Below are positions 16,741 through 26,701 of a stretch of DNA of 34,484 nucleotides, one piece after another. How positions within the stretch are numbered: the first letter of the stretch is position 1; the number at the start of each line of letters is the position of its first letter. The DNA is from Candidatus Bipolaricaulota bacterium (lineage in GTDB: Bacteria; Bipolaricaulota; Bipolaricaulia; UBA7950; UBA9294): assembly GCA_021159105.1 (NCBI GenBank), contig JAGGSM010000091.1:1-34484 (forward strand), read 5' to 3'. The notes beneath the pieces are model-generated. The model searched no databases. It saw only the letters and a list, made by a program, of their open reading frames with translations, and was not told where the DNA came from. Both the position numbers and the translations under genes were made by a program.

Positions 16741-17487
16741 ATGTCCAAAAACACACTCGTTGTATCCGTTATCGCTCTATTGCTGGCGGCAGCCGCGCTG
16801 GTGCTTCAGTTCGTGCTCCCATCTGGTGGGGGGGTCGACAACAGTGCCGAGATAACCGCGCTCACAAACAGGGTCTCCACCCTGGAGGCCAATCCGCCAG
16901 CGAGCCCGCTCAAGGTGGCCTATCTGAACGCTGAGGATGCGTTCTCGGTGTTCACCGACGCGGTGAGCGACCTGCGGCAGAAGGCGATCGACAAGCAGGG
17001 TGAGATCGTGAAGCTGCAGCAGCAGTACATGGCGAGCACCATCTCCAAGGATGACTTCGACAGCCAGAACAATCAGCTGCAGGTGGAGCTGTTGCAGGCG
17101 CAGCTCAACATCGACCTGGGTACGATCGACAAGATGATCGCGTCCAATGGTTTTGCAGACATGAAGAGTCAACTGCAGAAGCTGAAGGATGAGGCGCAGC
17201 CGGTGGTCGATGAGATGAAGAACCTCGTCTCCACGGTGCGCGTTGGCGTGATCGATACGACCGAGTTCCAGAACCGCTACACGCAGGTGAAGAACGCGTT
17301 CACGCAGCTCGATCAGCTCCTCACGCAGGCGGCAACGTCGAAGATCGTGCAGGCAGCGAACAAAGTGGCGGTCGACCAGGGCTACGATCTTGTGTTGCGC
17401 ACCAAGAACGTGATCGTCTACCGCAACACTGCCAAGCTAACGGACATCACTGACCTGGTGAAACACGAGCTTGAGTCCTACCTGTAG
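16741..17487 (+). CDS. skp: OmpH/Skp-like periplasmic chaperone (long form, 248 aa)
   Basis: N-terminal hydrophobic segment, a long Q/K/E-rich coiled-coil region, and a C-terminal ...AANKVAVDQGYDLVL..... motif typical of OmpH. Its position directly after bamA also fits. Confidence 0.7.
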   Translation: MSKNTLVVSVIALLLAAAALVLQFVLPSGGGVDNSAEITALTNRVSTLEANPPASPLKVAYLNAEDAFSVFTDAVSDLRQKAIDKQGEIVKLQQQYMASTISKDDFDSQNNQLQVELLQAQLNIDLGTIDKMIASNGFADMKSQLQKLKDEAQPVVDEMKNLVSTVRVGVIDTTEFQNRYTQVKNAFTQLDQLLTQAATSKIVQAANKVAVDQGYDLVLRTKNVIVYRNTAKLTDITDLVKHELESYL

Positions 17488-17490
17488 GCA

Positions 17491-17931
17491 GTGATGGCCA
17501 GGGATATCGAAGGGATACGCGAGTTATTGCCCCTGCGCTATCCCTACCTGATGATCGATCGTGTGCAGAGAGAGGAAGAGGGGCTCGTCGTTGCGTTGAA
17601 GAACGTGACGATCAACGAGCCCTTCTTCCAGGGGCACTTCCCTGAGCCGCTCCCAGCGGTCATGCCGGGGACCCTCATCCTGGAGGCGATGGCGCAGACC
17701 GCCGCGTTCCTCCTGGCAAGGGACGGCCAGGGTGAGGGCTACCTCGTCGGGGTTGACGAGGCGCGCTTTCGCCGCAAGGTGGTTCCGGGCGATCGGTTGG
17801 TGCTCACAGCGCGCGTTCTGCGCAAGAGGAAGGGGCTGGTGAAAGCGAAGGTCGAGGCTGAAGTGGATGGCGAGCTGGCGGCATCGGCTGTGATCTCACT
17901 CGTTGCACCGGTGAATGAAGATGTGGAATAA
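17491..17931 (+). CDS. fabZ: 3-hydroxyacyl-ACP dehydratase
   Basis: LLPLRYPYLMIDRV and NEPFFQGHFPEPLPAVMPGTLILEAMAQ. The start is GTG 17491 or ATG 17494. Confidence 0.92.
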   Translation: MMARDIEGIRELLPLRYPYLMIDRVQREEEGLVVALKNVTINEPFFQGHFPEPLPAVMPGTLILEAMAQTAAFLLARDGQGEGYLVGVDEARFRRKVVPGDRLVLTARVLRKRKGLVKAKVEAEVDGELAASAVISLVAPVNEDVE

Positions 17932-18835
17932 GCTGATCGAGTGCGTTCCTAACATCAGCGAGGGGAGGCGCCGGGATGTGGCGGAGGCCATCGCGCAGGC
18001 TGCTGATGGCCCTGGCCGCAGGGTGATCGACCTGAGCATGGATCCCGACCACAATCGTTCGGTGATCACGATCGTCGGTGAGCCGGACGGACTTCTCGAT
18101 GGGGTCCTTGGACTGGCGAGCAAGGCAGCGGAGCTGATAGACCTCAACGTCCATCGCGGTGAGCACCCGCGCATGGGAGCAGTCGATGTCATCCCGTTCA
18201 TCCCCGTGAGGGGGGTGACGATGGCCGACTGCATCGATCTCTCGCGCAGGGTCGGCGAGCGCATCGCAGAAGAGCTAGCGATTCCCGTCTACCTGTATGA
18301 GGAGTCGGCGACGCGGGAAGAGCGACGCAACCTGGCGACGATCCGCAAGGGGCAATTTGAGGGGTTCGCAGAGAAGATTAGAGATCCGCAGTGGGAACCA
18401 GACTTCGGAGAGGCAAGGATCCATCCAACCGCCGGTGTTGTCGCTGTTGGTGCGCGGGAGTTTCTCATCGCCTACAACATCGACCTTGCTACCTCCGACC
18501 TCTCTGTAGCAAAGGAGATAGCGCGCGCCGTGCGCTATTCGAGTGGTGGCCTGCGCTACGTGAAGGCACTCGGTTTCCCCCTTTCAGAGAAGGGGATAGT
18601 GCAGGTGTCGATGAACCTGACGAACTTCAAAAAGACGCCGATCCTGCGCGTTTTTGAGCTTGTAAAGCGCGAGGCGGAGCGTTGGGGGGTCATGGTCATT
18701 GGAAGCGAGATCGTCGGTACCCTCCCCCGCAGTGCGCTCTACGACGTCGCACGCATGGCGCTGCAGGTGCGTGACTTCTCCGATGATCTCATTCTGGAGG
18801 AGCGGATCGAGGGAGCGATCCGTGAGGATAGCTGA
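17915..18835 (+). CDS. Glutamate formimidoyltransferase (FtcD N-terminal formiminotransferase domain protein)
   Basis: LIECVPNISEGRR, DPDHNRSVITIVG, HPRMGAVDVIPFIP and YLYEESA motifs. Overlaps the fabZ stop (start ATG 17915 or 17921) and is overlapped by the murD start. Confidence 0.85.
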   Translation: MKMWNKLIECVPNISEGRRRDVAEAIAQAADGPGRRVIDLSMDPDHNRSVITIVGEPDGLLDGVLGLASKAAELIDLNVHRGEHPRMGAVDVIPFIPVRGVTMADCIDLSRRVGERIAEELAIPVYLYEESATREERRNLATIRKGQFEGFAEKIRDPQWEPDFGEARIHPTAGVVAVGAREFLIAYNIDLATSDLSVAKEIARAVRYSSGGLRYVKALGFPLSEKGIVQVSMNLTNFKKTPILRVFELVKREAERWGVMVIGSEIVGTLPRSALYDVARMALQVRDFSDDLILEERIEGAIREDS

Positions 18836-20129
18836 ACGCGAGATAAGTCAAGTGACTGTGCTCGGCTATGGCCGCACTGGACGAGCCGTCGCCAAGTATC
18901 TACACGAGCATGGAGTGAGACCCTTCGTCAGCGACAGCTCTTACCTCAGTGACGCCGATCAAAGCTCGCTCATGAACCTGCGAATATCCTTCGAGCAGGG
19001 TGGGCACACGCAGCGGGCGATAGAGGGGGCAGACGCCATCGTCCCCAGCCCGGGGATCGATCCCACCATATCGATCCTGCAGCTGGCGCGCGCCAGAGGA
19101 ATCCCGATCATCTCCGAGCTCGATCTTGCCTACCTGCGATCGGGGGATACGCGGATCATCGCCGTTACCGGGACGAACGGGAAGAGCACGACGGTCAGGC
19201 TCATCGAGGGGATACTGAGGGGCGAGGGGATCGATGCGATCGCGGCCGGGAACATCGGCCTTCCCTTCATCACCCTTGCCGATGATCCGCCGGATGTCGT
19301 TGTCCTCGAGGTGAGCAGCTTTCAGCTCGAACAGAGCAGCCTCTTTCATCCTCAGGTGGCTTGTCTGCTCAACATCTCCCCCGATCATCTGGACCGGCAT
19401 GGATCGATGGAGGAGTACATTGCCGTGAAGATGAGCATATTCGCGCGGCAGGGTGCGAGCGATACGGCGATTCTGCCGCGAGGAATCGATCCATCGAAGA
19501 GCACGATCGCCGCGAGGATCGCCCACTTCGATGATGTGGCCCTGCCTGAGAATCCCTTTGTCGAATCTCTCCCCCCGCACAACCGCTCCAACCTGCGCGC
19601 CGCGATCGCTTGCTGCCGGGGGATACTGCCGGATCTCAGAGCTGATCACATCGATCTTCCCGCGCTGAAGGGCGCGTTGCACCTGCCGTATCGCATGCAG
19701 GAGGAGAGAGCGTGTGGCAGCCTACGGGTGATCAACGACTCCAAGTCGACCAATGCCGCCTCAGCGATCACCGCGCTTAGGTCGGTCGAGGGGCAATGCG
19801 TCCTCATCCTCGGAGGGAGGCACAAGGGGGCGGGATACGATGATCTCGCCCATTTCATCGCGCAGCGCGACCTCCGCCACGTGATCCTGTACGGTGAGGC
19901 GAGATCATTCCTGCAAGCGACGCTGCGTGATGTCGGTTACACTCACATTACCGCCTGTTCTGACCTCGAATGTGCGCTGAAAGCGGCCGCCAGCGAGGCA
20001 CACGGTGGTGATGCGATCCTCTTCTCCCCTGCCTGCTCAAGTTACGATCAGTACGGGAATTACGTCGAGCGAGGCGAGCACTTCTCCCGCCTCGTCAGAT
20101 CGATCTTGGGACAAGAGTCAGACAGCTAG
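18822..20129 (+). CDS. murD: UDP-N-acetylmuramoylalanine--D-glutamate ligase
   Basis: VLGYGRTGRAVAKYL, ITGTNGKSTT, NISPDHLDRHGSMEEY and DSKSTN. GTG 18822 (GGGAG lies 6 nt upstream) was chosen over ORF-track 18699, which lies inside the preceding gene. 18852 and 18858 are alternative starts. Confidence 0.88.
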   Translation: MRIAEREISQVTVLGYGRTGRAVAKYLHEHGVRPFVSDSSYLSDADQSSLMNLRISFEQGGHTQRAIEGADAIVPSPGIDPTISILQLARARGIPIISELDLAYLRSGDTRIIAVTGTNGKSTTVRLIEGILRGEGIDAIAAGNIGLPFITLADDPPDVVVLEVSSFQLEQSSLFHPQVACLLNISPDHLDRHGSMEEYIAVKMSIFARQGASDTAILPRGIDPSKSTIAARIAHFDDVALPENPFVESLPPHNRSNLRAAIACCRGILPDLRADHIDLPALKGALHLPYRMQEERACGSLRVINDSKSTNAASAITALRSVEGQCVLILGGRHKGAGYDDLAHFIAQRDLRHVILYGEARSFLQATLRDVGYTHITACSDLECALKAAASEAHGGDAILFSPACSSYDQYGNYVERGEHFSRLVRSILGQESDS

Positions 20130-20261
20130 CTGAGTCACGCGTCCCACAACAACAACACGAACTATCACCCTCATCTTGACATCCTTCCTTCCGCGCGGGG
20201 GACAACTGCCGTATTCATAAGGGGTATCAGAGATGCCAGGCGCAGCACGACGGACAAGGAG

Positions 20262-21350
20262 ATGCAAGTGGACGGACGAGTGGATCGAGGAATCGTGCTT
20301 TCGGCTGCACTTCTCTTGCTGTTCGGGCTGGTGATGGTCTACAGCGCCAGCGCTCCGTTCTCCCTTCATCACTACGGAACCGACACGCACCTCCTGGTGA
20401 AGCAGCTCATCGCTGCGCTGCTCGGCATCGGGTTTCTCGTTCTCTTCAATTACATCGACTATCATCACTTGCAGCAGCTCGACGACATCCTCCTCCTCGG
20501 GGCGTTCGGCCTGACCTTTCTCACGGTCCTTCCACTGCACGGGATCAGCGACGGCCGCTGGCTGCACATCGGTTCCTTCGCGCTGCAGCCGACAGAGCTC
20601 CTGAAGTTTGCTCTCATCATCTACCTGGCGGCGACGATCACCCGCAAGAAGGACGCGATAAAGTCGTTTGGCGAGGGGGTCCTTCCGTTCGTCCTCGTGC
20701 TGCTGGTGATCGCTGCTGTGACGATGAATCAGCCGGACTTCGGAATGACTCTCATCTTCGCCGCGCTGACCGCTGTCATGCTCTTCATCGGCGGGGCGCG
20801 CACGCGGCACCTGCTCGGAGTGGGGATGGCCAGCGTGCCGTTCATCTTCCTGGCGGTGCGCATCGCCCCCTACCGTATGGCGCGGGTCCTGTCCTTTCTC
20901 AATCCGCACGACTACAGCACGTCGTCCGGCTATCAGACGATTCAATCCCTCGTCGCGATCGGATCCGGCGGGTTGATCGGGCGTGGGCTTGGGGCATCGC
21001 GGGCCAAGTTGTTCTATCTGCCGCAGGCACAGAGCGATTTCATCTTCTCGATCAGTGCTGAGGAACTGGGGCTGATCGGCGCTTGTATCCTGATCATTCT
21101 CTACGCTGTGTTTGCCTGGCGTGCCTTCGCGATCGCTGGCAATGCGCAGGATCAATTCGGCAGGCTGCTCGCCTTTGGGATCGGCTTCTCCATCGCCTTT
21201 CAAGCGCTGCTCAACCTCGGTGTCGCAACCGGCCTCCTTCCGGTGACCGGGCTGACCCTTCCGTTCATCAGTAGCGGCGGGTCGTCACTACTCATAACGC
21301 TATCCATGGTCGGGGTTCTGTTAAACATCTCCAGGCAAGGAGGGAACTGA
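20262..21350 (+). CDS. ftsW: FtsW/RodA/SpoVE-family peptidoglycan glycosyltransferase (division type by context)
   Basis: Multiple TM helices, with PTELLKFALIIYLA, QPDFG and LPFISSGGSSL motifs. GTG 20268 is an alternative start with better SD spacing. Confidence 0.88.
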   Translation: MQVDGRVDRGIVLSAALLLLFGLVMVYSASAPFSLHHYGTDTHLLVKQLIAALLGIGFLVLFNYIDYHHLQQLDDILLLGAFGLTFLTVLPLHGISDGRWLHIGSFALQPTELLKFALIIYLAATITRKKDAIKSFGEGVLPFVLVLLVIAAVTMNQPDFGMTLIFAALTAVMLFIGGARTRHLLGVGMASVPFIFLAVRIAPYRMARVLSFLNPHDYSTSSGYQTIQSLVAIGSGGLIGRGLGASRAKLFYLPQAQSDFIFSISAEELGLIGACILIILYAVFAWRAFAIAGNAQDQFGRLLAFGIGFSIAFQALLNLGVATGLLPVTGLTLPFISSGGSSLLITLSMVGVLLNISRQGGN

Positions 21351-22477
21351 TGCGCGTATTGATCGCTGGTGGTGGAACAGGAGGGCACTTCTATCCCGCG
21401 CTCGCGGTGATGGAGGAGTTCACCAAGCACAATAACGGAGTGAAGCTCGCCTACGTCGGTACGAGGCGAGGGATCGAGGCGCGCATCCTTCCATCGTACC
21501 CGTGGGTCTCCTTCTTCCCGATCCACGTGCGCGGTCTGGAGCGTGGGAATGTACCCCAGAATCTGTACTCGCTTCTGCTCCTTAGCATCTCGTTTGTCGA
21601 AGTGCTGATTGTTCTGCTGCGCTTCCGTCCTCAGGTGGTGATCGGGATGGGAGGATACGCTTCTTTCCCCGCGGTCTTCGTCGCGTCCCTGCTGGGCAAG
21701 GTCCTTCCCATAAGGACGGTGATCCACGAGCAGAATGCGGTCGCTGGGCTGTCGAATCGGATACTTGCTCGTTTCGTGGACAAGGTGCTGATCTCCTATC
21801 CGCAGACCAGAAAGCAGCTGCGAGCAGCACGGAACATCGTTACCACGGGAAATCCGATTCGCAGCGAGTTCCTTTTTGCCAAGCGCACCCGCGCCGCCTA
21901 CGAGCGCTTTGGCCTCTCCCCTGATAAGAGGACCGTGCTTGTCTTCGGCGGCTCGAACGGGTCGCTCGCCATAACCAACGCCATCCGCAAGGCCCGCAAC
22001 GAGATTGCAAGGCAGAACGACATGCAGGTCCTCCTCGTCACCGGGGGGAGCATCGACACCTCGATCATCGAGGCGGAGATCTCCGCGGCAGGCGCGACGA
22101 ACATCGTCGTTGTGAAGTACATTGAGAGGATGGGCGAGGCGTTCGCCATCGCTGATCTGATCGTATCCCGCGCCGGGGCAACAACGCTCGCCGAGATCAC
22201 CTCCTGCGGCAAGCCAGCGCTCCTCATTCCATGGGGAGGCGCAACGGACGGTCATCAGTGGGAGAACGCACGGGTGCTGAACGACGAGAGGGCTTGCACG
22301 ATCGTGGGGGAGGGTGATATCCTGGACAGGCGCCTAGCGCTGCTGATCGAACAAATGGTGAAAGATGAACAGGGGCTCAATCTGATGGCACGAAACTCGA
22401 TGCGTATGGGGAGCAGGCACGCAGCCGCGTCTATGCTCGGTGAAATCGTTACTCTTGTCGAGGGGGCGCGCACTTGA
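21350..22477 (+). CDS. murG: UDP-N-acetylglucosamine--N-acetylmuramyl-(pentapeptide) pyrophosphoryl-undecaprenol GlcNAc transferase
   Basis: IAGGGTGGHFYPALAV and GGSNGS ... SRAGATTLAEI ... HQWENA. TGATG overlap with ftsW. Confidence 0.92.
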   Translation: MRVLIAGGGTGGHFYPALAVMEEFTKHNNGVKLAYVGTRRGIEARILPSYPWVSFFPIHVRGLERGNVPQNLYSLLLLSISFVEVLIVLLRFRPQVVIGMGGYASFPAVFVASLLGKVLPIRTVIHEQNAVAGLSNRILARFVDKVLISYPQTRKQLRAARNIVTTGNPIRSEFLFAKRTRAAYERFGLSPDKRTVLVFGGSNGSLAITNAIRKARNEIARQNDMQVLLVTGGSIDTSIIEAEISAAGATNIVVVKYIERMGEAFAIADLIVSRAGATTLAEITSCGKPALLIPWGGATDGHQWENARVLNDERACTIVGEGDILDRRLALLIEQMVKDEQGLNLMARNSMRMGSRHAAASMLGEIVTLVEGART

Positions 22478-23853
22478 TCGACGTACGCAAGCGCTATCAC
22501 TTCGTGGGGATAGCGGGTGCTGGCATGAGCGGCCTGGCCGCGGTGATGCTCGCTGGAGGGAGCAGCGTCTCCGGCTCCGACCTGCGGGAGAATGCGGAGA
22601 CGGAGTTCCTGCAGCGGGCTGGTGCGGCGATCCACATCGGTCACGATCCGTCTGTCGTTGACAAGGGGGTCGATGAGGTGATCGTCTCCTCCGCCATCAC
22701 TCCGCAGAACGTCGAGATAGAGGCGGCGCGCAGGCTCAACCTCCCTGTTGTCCATCGCTTGCACGCACTGGCGAGCGTGATCGATGGCTACACCAGCATC
22801 GGCGTTGCTGGGACGCACGGGAAGACGACGACGACCGCGATGGCCGCGACCATCCTGAGAAATACCGGCAGGGATCCGAGCTACCTCGTGGGCGCGCACT
22901 GCCCCGGCCTTGGAGGAAACTCCCACCTTGGATCGGGCGAGGTGTTTGTGACCGAGGTGGATGAGAGCGATGGCCTGTTCCTCGCCATCCATCCGACGAT
23001 CGCTGTTCTCAATAACATCGGACGGGATCACCTGGGCACTTACCATACACTCGATCGCATAAGGGAGAGCTTCAAACGCTACATCCAGCAGGCTGATCAA
23101 GCGGTCCTGGCGATCGACGATGCCAACGTGCGCGAGCTCGCCTCTCACCACCCCTCAGCGCTCAAGGTGGGATCCCACCCGGATGCCGATCTGCGCGCGG
23201 TGAACATCTCTCACCATCACTTCCATACTACCTTCGATCTCAGGTATAGGGGAGAAGATGTGGCGCACGTCTTCCTCCCCGCACCGGGGGATCACAACGT
23301 GAGAAACGCGCTGTGCGCGATCGGGGCGGCAAATTTGGCCGGTGTCCCGCTGGCCGATGCCGCGGAGGCGATCGCCGACTTTCAACTTCCCAAGCGCCGC
23401 TTCCAGCTCCTTGAGGAGAACGGGGTGACGGTGGTCGACGACTATGCCCACCTTCCAGAGGAGATCGAGGTCACTCTGCAAGCGATCCGCTCCGGCTGGA
23501 CGGACAGGCGGATCGTAGCTGTGTTCCAGCCGCATCGCTACAGCCGCACACAGGCGATCGGCAACGAGTTCGGAGCGGCGTTCCGCCTGGCCGACACGGT
23601 CGTCGTGACCCCGATTTATGCCGCCTATGAGGCACCGATCCCGGGTGTCACCTCACAGAGTATCGTCGATTCCATCAGCCGCAACACGGGAAGCGACCCG
23701 CTCCTCATCCATGATAAGGAGGAGGCGCTCTCGTTCCTCAAGCGCTACATCGAGCCGGGCGACTTCATCATCAGTTTCGGAGCGGGTGACATATGGACAG
23801 TGACCACCAGCCTGTCACGCTTCCTGAAGGAGGGGAGCTTCTGCACCGCGTAG
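22474..23853 (+). CDS. murC: UDP-N-acetylmuramate--L-alanine ligase
   Basis: HFVGIAGAGMSGLA, GVAGTHGKTTTT and DDYAHLPEEI. The TTG start forms a TTGA overlap with the murG stop. Confidence 0.92.
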   Translation: MIDVRKRYHFVGIAGAGMSGLAAVMLAGGSSVSGSDLRENAETEFLQRAGAAIHIGHDPSVVDKGVDEVIVSSAITPQNVEIEAARRLNLPVVHRLHALASVIDGYTSIGVAGTHGKTTTTAMAATILRNTGRDPSYLVGAHCPGLGGNSHLGSGEVFVTEVDESDGLFLAIHPTIAVLNNIGRDHLGTYHTLDRIRESFKRYIQQADQAVLAIDDANVRELASHHPSALKVGSHPDADLRAVNISHHHFHTTFDLRYRGEDVAHVFLPAPGDHNVRNALCAIGAANLAGVPLADAAEAIADFQLPKRRFQLLEENGVTVVDDYAHLPEEIEVTLQAIRSGWTDRRIVAVFQPHRYSRTQAIGNEFGAAFRLADTVVVTPIYAAYEAPIPGVTSQSIVDSISRNTGSDPLLIHDKEEALSFLKRYIEPGDFIISFGAGDIWTVTTSLSRFLKEGSFCTA

Positions 23854-24731
23854 GCGACACTCTCTCCAGCCTTGAGTCGATCCCCGGTGAATTGAGGCGG
23901 GGAGAGCCACTGGCAGGCCACACAACGCTACAGGTCGGTGGACCTGCGGATGGCTTCTTTCTCCCCGCGAGCGTGGAAGCACTGGTCGGCGCGGTCAGTC
24001 TCTGCCGGGCACGTGACGTTCCCTACTTCATCCTGGGCAAGGGTTCAAATGTGCTCTTCTCCGATGCTGGATATCGCGGTCTGATCATCTCCACCGAGAG
24101 GCTAAGCGAGTGCACGCTCGTCGACGATCATCTTCGTGCTGAGTGCGGTCTGCCCCTCTCACAACTGATCTCCATCGCGAACGCTCACGGGAACACCTCC
24201 CTTAACTTCCTCGCTGGGATACCGGGGAGCGTAGGTGGGGCGCTGGCGATGAACGCTGGCACAGGGGAGCGTTCGATCGGCGATGTCGTGCGTGAGGTGA
24301 CCGTCCTCTCCGCTCGCGGCGCCCTCGAATCGCTTGACCGAGCTGCCTGTGCCTTCTCCTATCGGACGAGCTCCCTCCTCGAATCGCGCCTCCCCATCCT
24401 CTCGGCAACACTGTTGCTGGACGAACGAAGATTCGACCGAAAGGAGCTTCTTGCGCGCCGCGCCGCGACACAACCGGTGTCAGAAGCTAGCGCCGGATGC
24501 GCATTTAAGAACCCAATCGGACGATCTGCAGGGGATTTGATCGAGCGTGCTGGCTTGAAGGGATTTCAGGTGGGAATGGCTAGGGTATCTGATATACACG
24601 CTAATTTTATCATCAATGTGGGGGGAGCAAGCAGTAATGAGATCTATAGAATAATTGACATTGTCCGTCAAAAGGTGTATAAAAGTTTCCATATCTTGCT
24701 TGACTTGGAGATTGAGGTCGTTGACGGGTGA
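23793..24731 (+). CDS. murB: UDP-N-acetylenolpyruvoylglucosamine reductase
   Basis: EPLAGHTTLQVGGPAD, ILGKGSNVLFSD, GIPGSVGGALAMNAG and SAGCAFKNP. The start is uncertain: 23793 gives a 61-nt overlap with murC, and a downstream TTG near 23893 is possible. Confidence 0.88.
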   Translation: MDSDHQPVTLPEGGELLHRVGDTLSSLESIPGELRRGEPLAGHTTLQVGGPADGFFLPASVEALVGAVSLCRARDVPYFILGKGSNVLFSDAGYRGLIISTERLSECTLVDDHLRAECGLPLSQLISIANAHGNTSLNFLAGIPGSVGGALAMNAGTGERSIGDVVREVTVLSARGALESLDRAACAFSYRTSSLLESRLPILSATLLLDERRFDRKELLARRAATQPVSEASAGCAFKNPIGRSAGDLIERAGLKGFQVGMARVSDIHANFIINVGGASSNEIYRIIDIVRQKVYKSFHILLDLEIEVVDG

Positions 24732-25468
24732 AAGAGGGGGAACCGAAAAGAGCTGTTCGTTGGGCTGCTGTAATAGGGGGGATTCTTATCGCTGCTGCCA
24801 TCATCGCCCTGTATACACCTTGGGTGCGTATCTTTGATCTGCGGGAGATTGTAGTAAGTGGGAATCACTATACGTCCGCCGCAGAGATCAGAGATGCCAC
24901 TGGTATTCAGGACGGGGTAAACATAGTGCGTGCTTCACTGAGACAGGCAAGAACTTCCCTGTTGCATCTCCCCTGGGTAATGGATGCATCGCTTCGCAGA
25001 GTACTTCCCCACACCATTGCGATCAGAGTTCGTGAGAGGAAGCCAATTGCATTCGTCCTCGACTCTCACTCGGAGCGACTGATGATTCTGGGCGAGGATG
25101 GCGTGATCGTTGGCTACACCAAGGATGAAGGGGCTGACTACGTCCGTGTGAGAGGGGTCTCCTTGTCGAGGACGGCTTCTGGGAGACAGACTGTGAGCGA
25201 AGATGTCATGCGGACACTCAACTACCTGCGCGATCGGGGTCTTGGGAGGGATATCTTCCCCAGTATTGACTTTTCCGACCCGGCCGCGATCACTATGCAC
25301 ACAGCTGATGATGGGGAGGTACTCCTCGGTCCATTGAGTGAGACTAAGGATCGAATCGACGAACTGGTAGCGCTGCTGGACACGATCGATCTGGCGGCCT
25401 ACAAGACGATAGATCTCAGATTTGGGGGTGAGGCGAGACTAGTGCCCCGTAAGGTGGTGAACAGATGA
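24728..25468 (+). CDS. ftsQ: Cell division protein FtsQ/DivIB (POTRA domain)
   Basis: Single N-terminal TM segment, then a POTRA-like IVVSGNHYTSAAEIRDATGI ... LPWVMDASLRRVLPHTIAIRVRERKPIA. GTGA overlap with murB. Confidence 0.85.
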   Translation: MKEGEPKRAVRWAAVIGGILIAAAIIALYTPWVRIFDLREIVVSGNHYTSAAEIRDATGIQDGVNIVRASLRQARTSLLHLPWVMDASLRRVLPHTIAIRVRERKPIAFVLDSHSERLMILGEDGVIVGYTKDEGADYVRVRGVSLSRTASGRQTVSEDVMRTLNYLRDRGLGRDIFPSIDFSDPAAITMHTADDGEVLLGPLSETKDRIDELVALLDTIDLAAYKTIDLRFGGEARLVPRKVVNR

Positions 25469-26697
25469 GAAAGGAAAGAGTGGTGGTCGGCCTTGACGTC
25501 GGGACGACCAAAGTCGTTGCCCTGGTGGGGAACGTGGCCGATGGGATGATCGAGATCATCGGCATGGGCAAGGCGGAATCGCATGGGTTGGAGAAGGGTG
25601 TAGTTGTCGACATCGGGCGTACGATCTCTTCGATTCGCAAAGCGGTTGAAGAGGCGGAGAATATGGCTGATGTTAAGATAGATTCAGTGTATGTTGGTAT
25701 TGCCGGCAAGCACATCAATTCTATCAACAATAGCGGTACCGTCTCGATCAACCGTCCCGACCGGATAATCACGGAAGAGGACATAACGCGCGTCGTGGAG
25801 ACGGCGCAGGCGATCCAGCTTCCCCCAGCGAGCGAGATGATCCATGTCATCCCGCGACAGTATATCGTTGATGGACAGGATGGGATTACGGACCCGGTTG
25901 GGATGACGGGGACCCGCCTCGAGGTCGATGTGCACATCGTAACCGGGGCGATCACAGCGGTTCACAACCTGGTGCGCTGCGTTGAGTCGCTGGACATTGG
26001 GATCAAGCAGATCGTGCTCGAGCCGATCGCTTCATCACTGGCTGTCCTCTCCTCAGCGGAGAAGGAACTGGGCGTGATCCTGCTCGACATCGGCGGAGGG
26101 ACGACCGATATAAGCGTCTTCCGCGGTGGAGACATCTGGTTCTCCAAGGTCATCCCGATCGCTGGCGAGCACATCACAAACGACATCACCGTCGGTCTGC
26201 AGACCCCGATCGAAGAGGCAGAGCTGATAAAGAAACAGGCAGGGACTGCGTTGGTGGAGAGTGTGGGAGAGGATGAGAAGATCGAAGTGGCGACGATCGG
26301 TGGGGACGAGAAGAGGATGGTCTCCAAGAAGAAGCTGGCGAAGATCATAGAGCCGCGCGTCGAGGAACTGCTCGATCTAGCGATGCAGGAAGTGGAGGAT
26401 GCTGGATATCGCGACCTCGTCCCAGCAGGACTTGTTCTCACTGGTGGGACTTCGCTCCTCGATGGGATAGCTGAGTTCGCTCAACAGCGCTACGGCATCC
26501 CTGTCCGCCGCGGGAAGATCCCACAGGGGATACACGGGTTGCGTGACATTGTCGAATCACCCATATATGCCACATCGATCGGCCTGCTGCGCTATGCGGT
26601 GGAGACGAAGGACTTCTCCAAGAGACGATATGAGCGGAAGAAGGCATCGCTGATCAACAAGCTCTTCTCCTGGTTCAATCGTTTCTTCCGAGGGTAG
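25465..26697 (+). CDS. ftsA: Cell division protein FtsA
   Basis: [31 protein letters not shown] and [17 protein letters not shown] overlap with ftsQ. Confidence 0.93.
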   Translation: MRKERVVVGLDVGTTKVVALVGNVADGMIEIIGMGKAESHGLEKGVVVDIGRTISSIRKAVEEAENMADVKIDSVYVGIAGKHINSINNSGTVSINRPDRIITEEDITRVVETAQAIQLPPASEMIHVIPRQYIVDGQDGITDPVGMTGTRLEVDVHIVTGAITAVHNLVRCVESLDIGIKQIVLEPIASSLAVLSSAEKELGVILLDIGGGTTDISVFRGGDIWFSKVIPIAGEHITNDITVGLQTPIEEAELIKKQAGTALVESVGEDEKIEVATIGGDEKRMVSKKKLAKIIEPRVEELLDLAMQEVEDAGYRDLVPAGLVLTGGTSLLDGIAEFAQQRYGIPVRRGKIPQGIHGLRDIVESPIYATSIGLLRYAVETKDFSKRRYERKKASLINKLFSWFNRFFRG

Positions 26698-26701
26698 GGG
26701 A

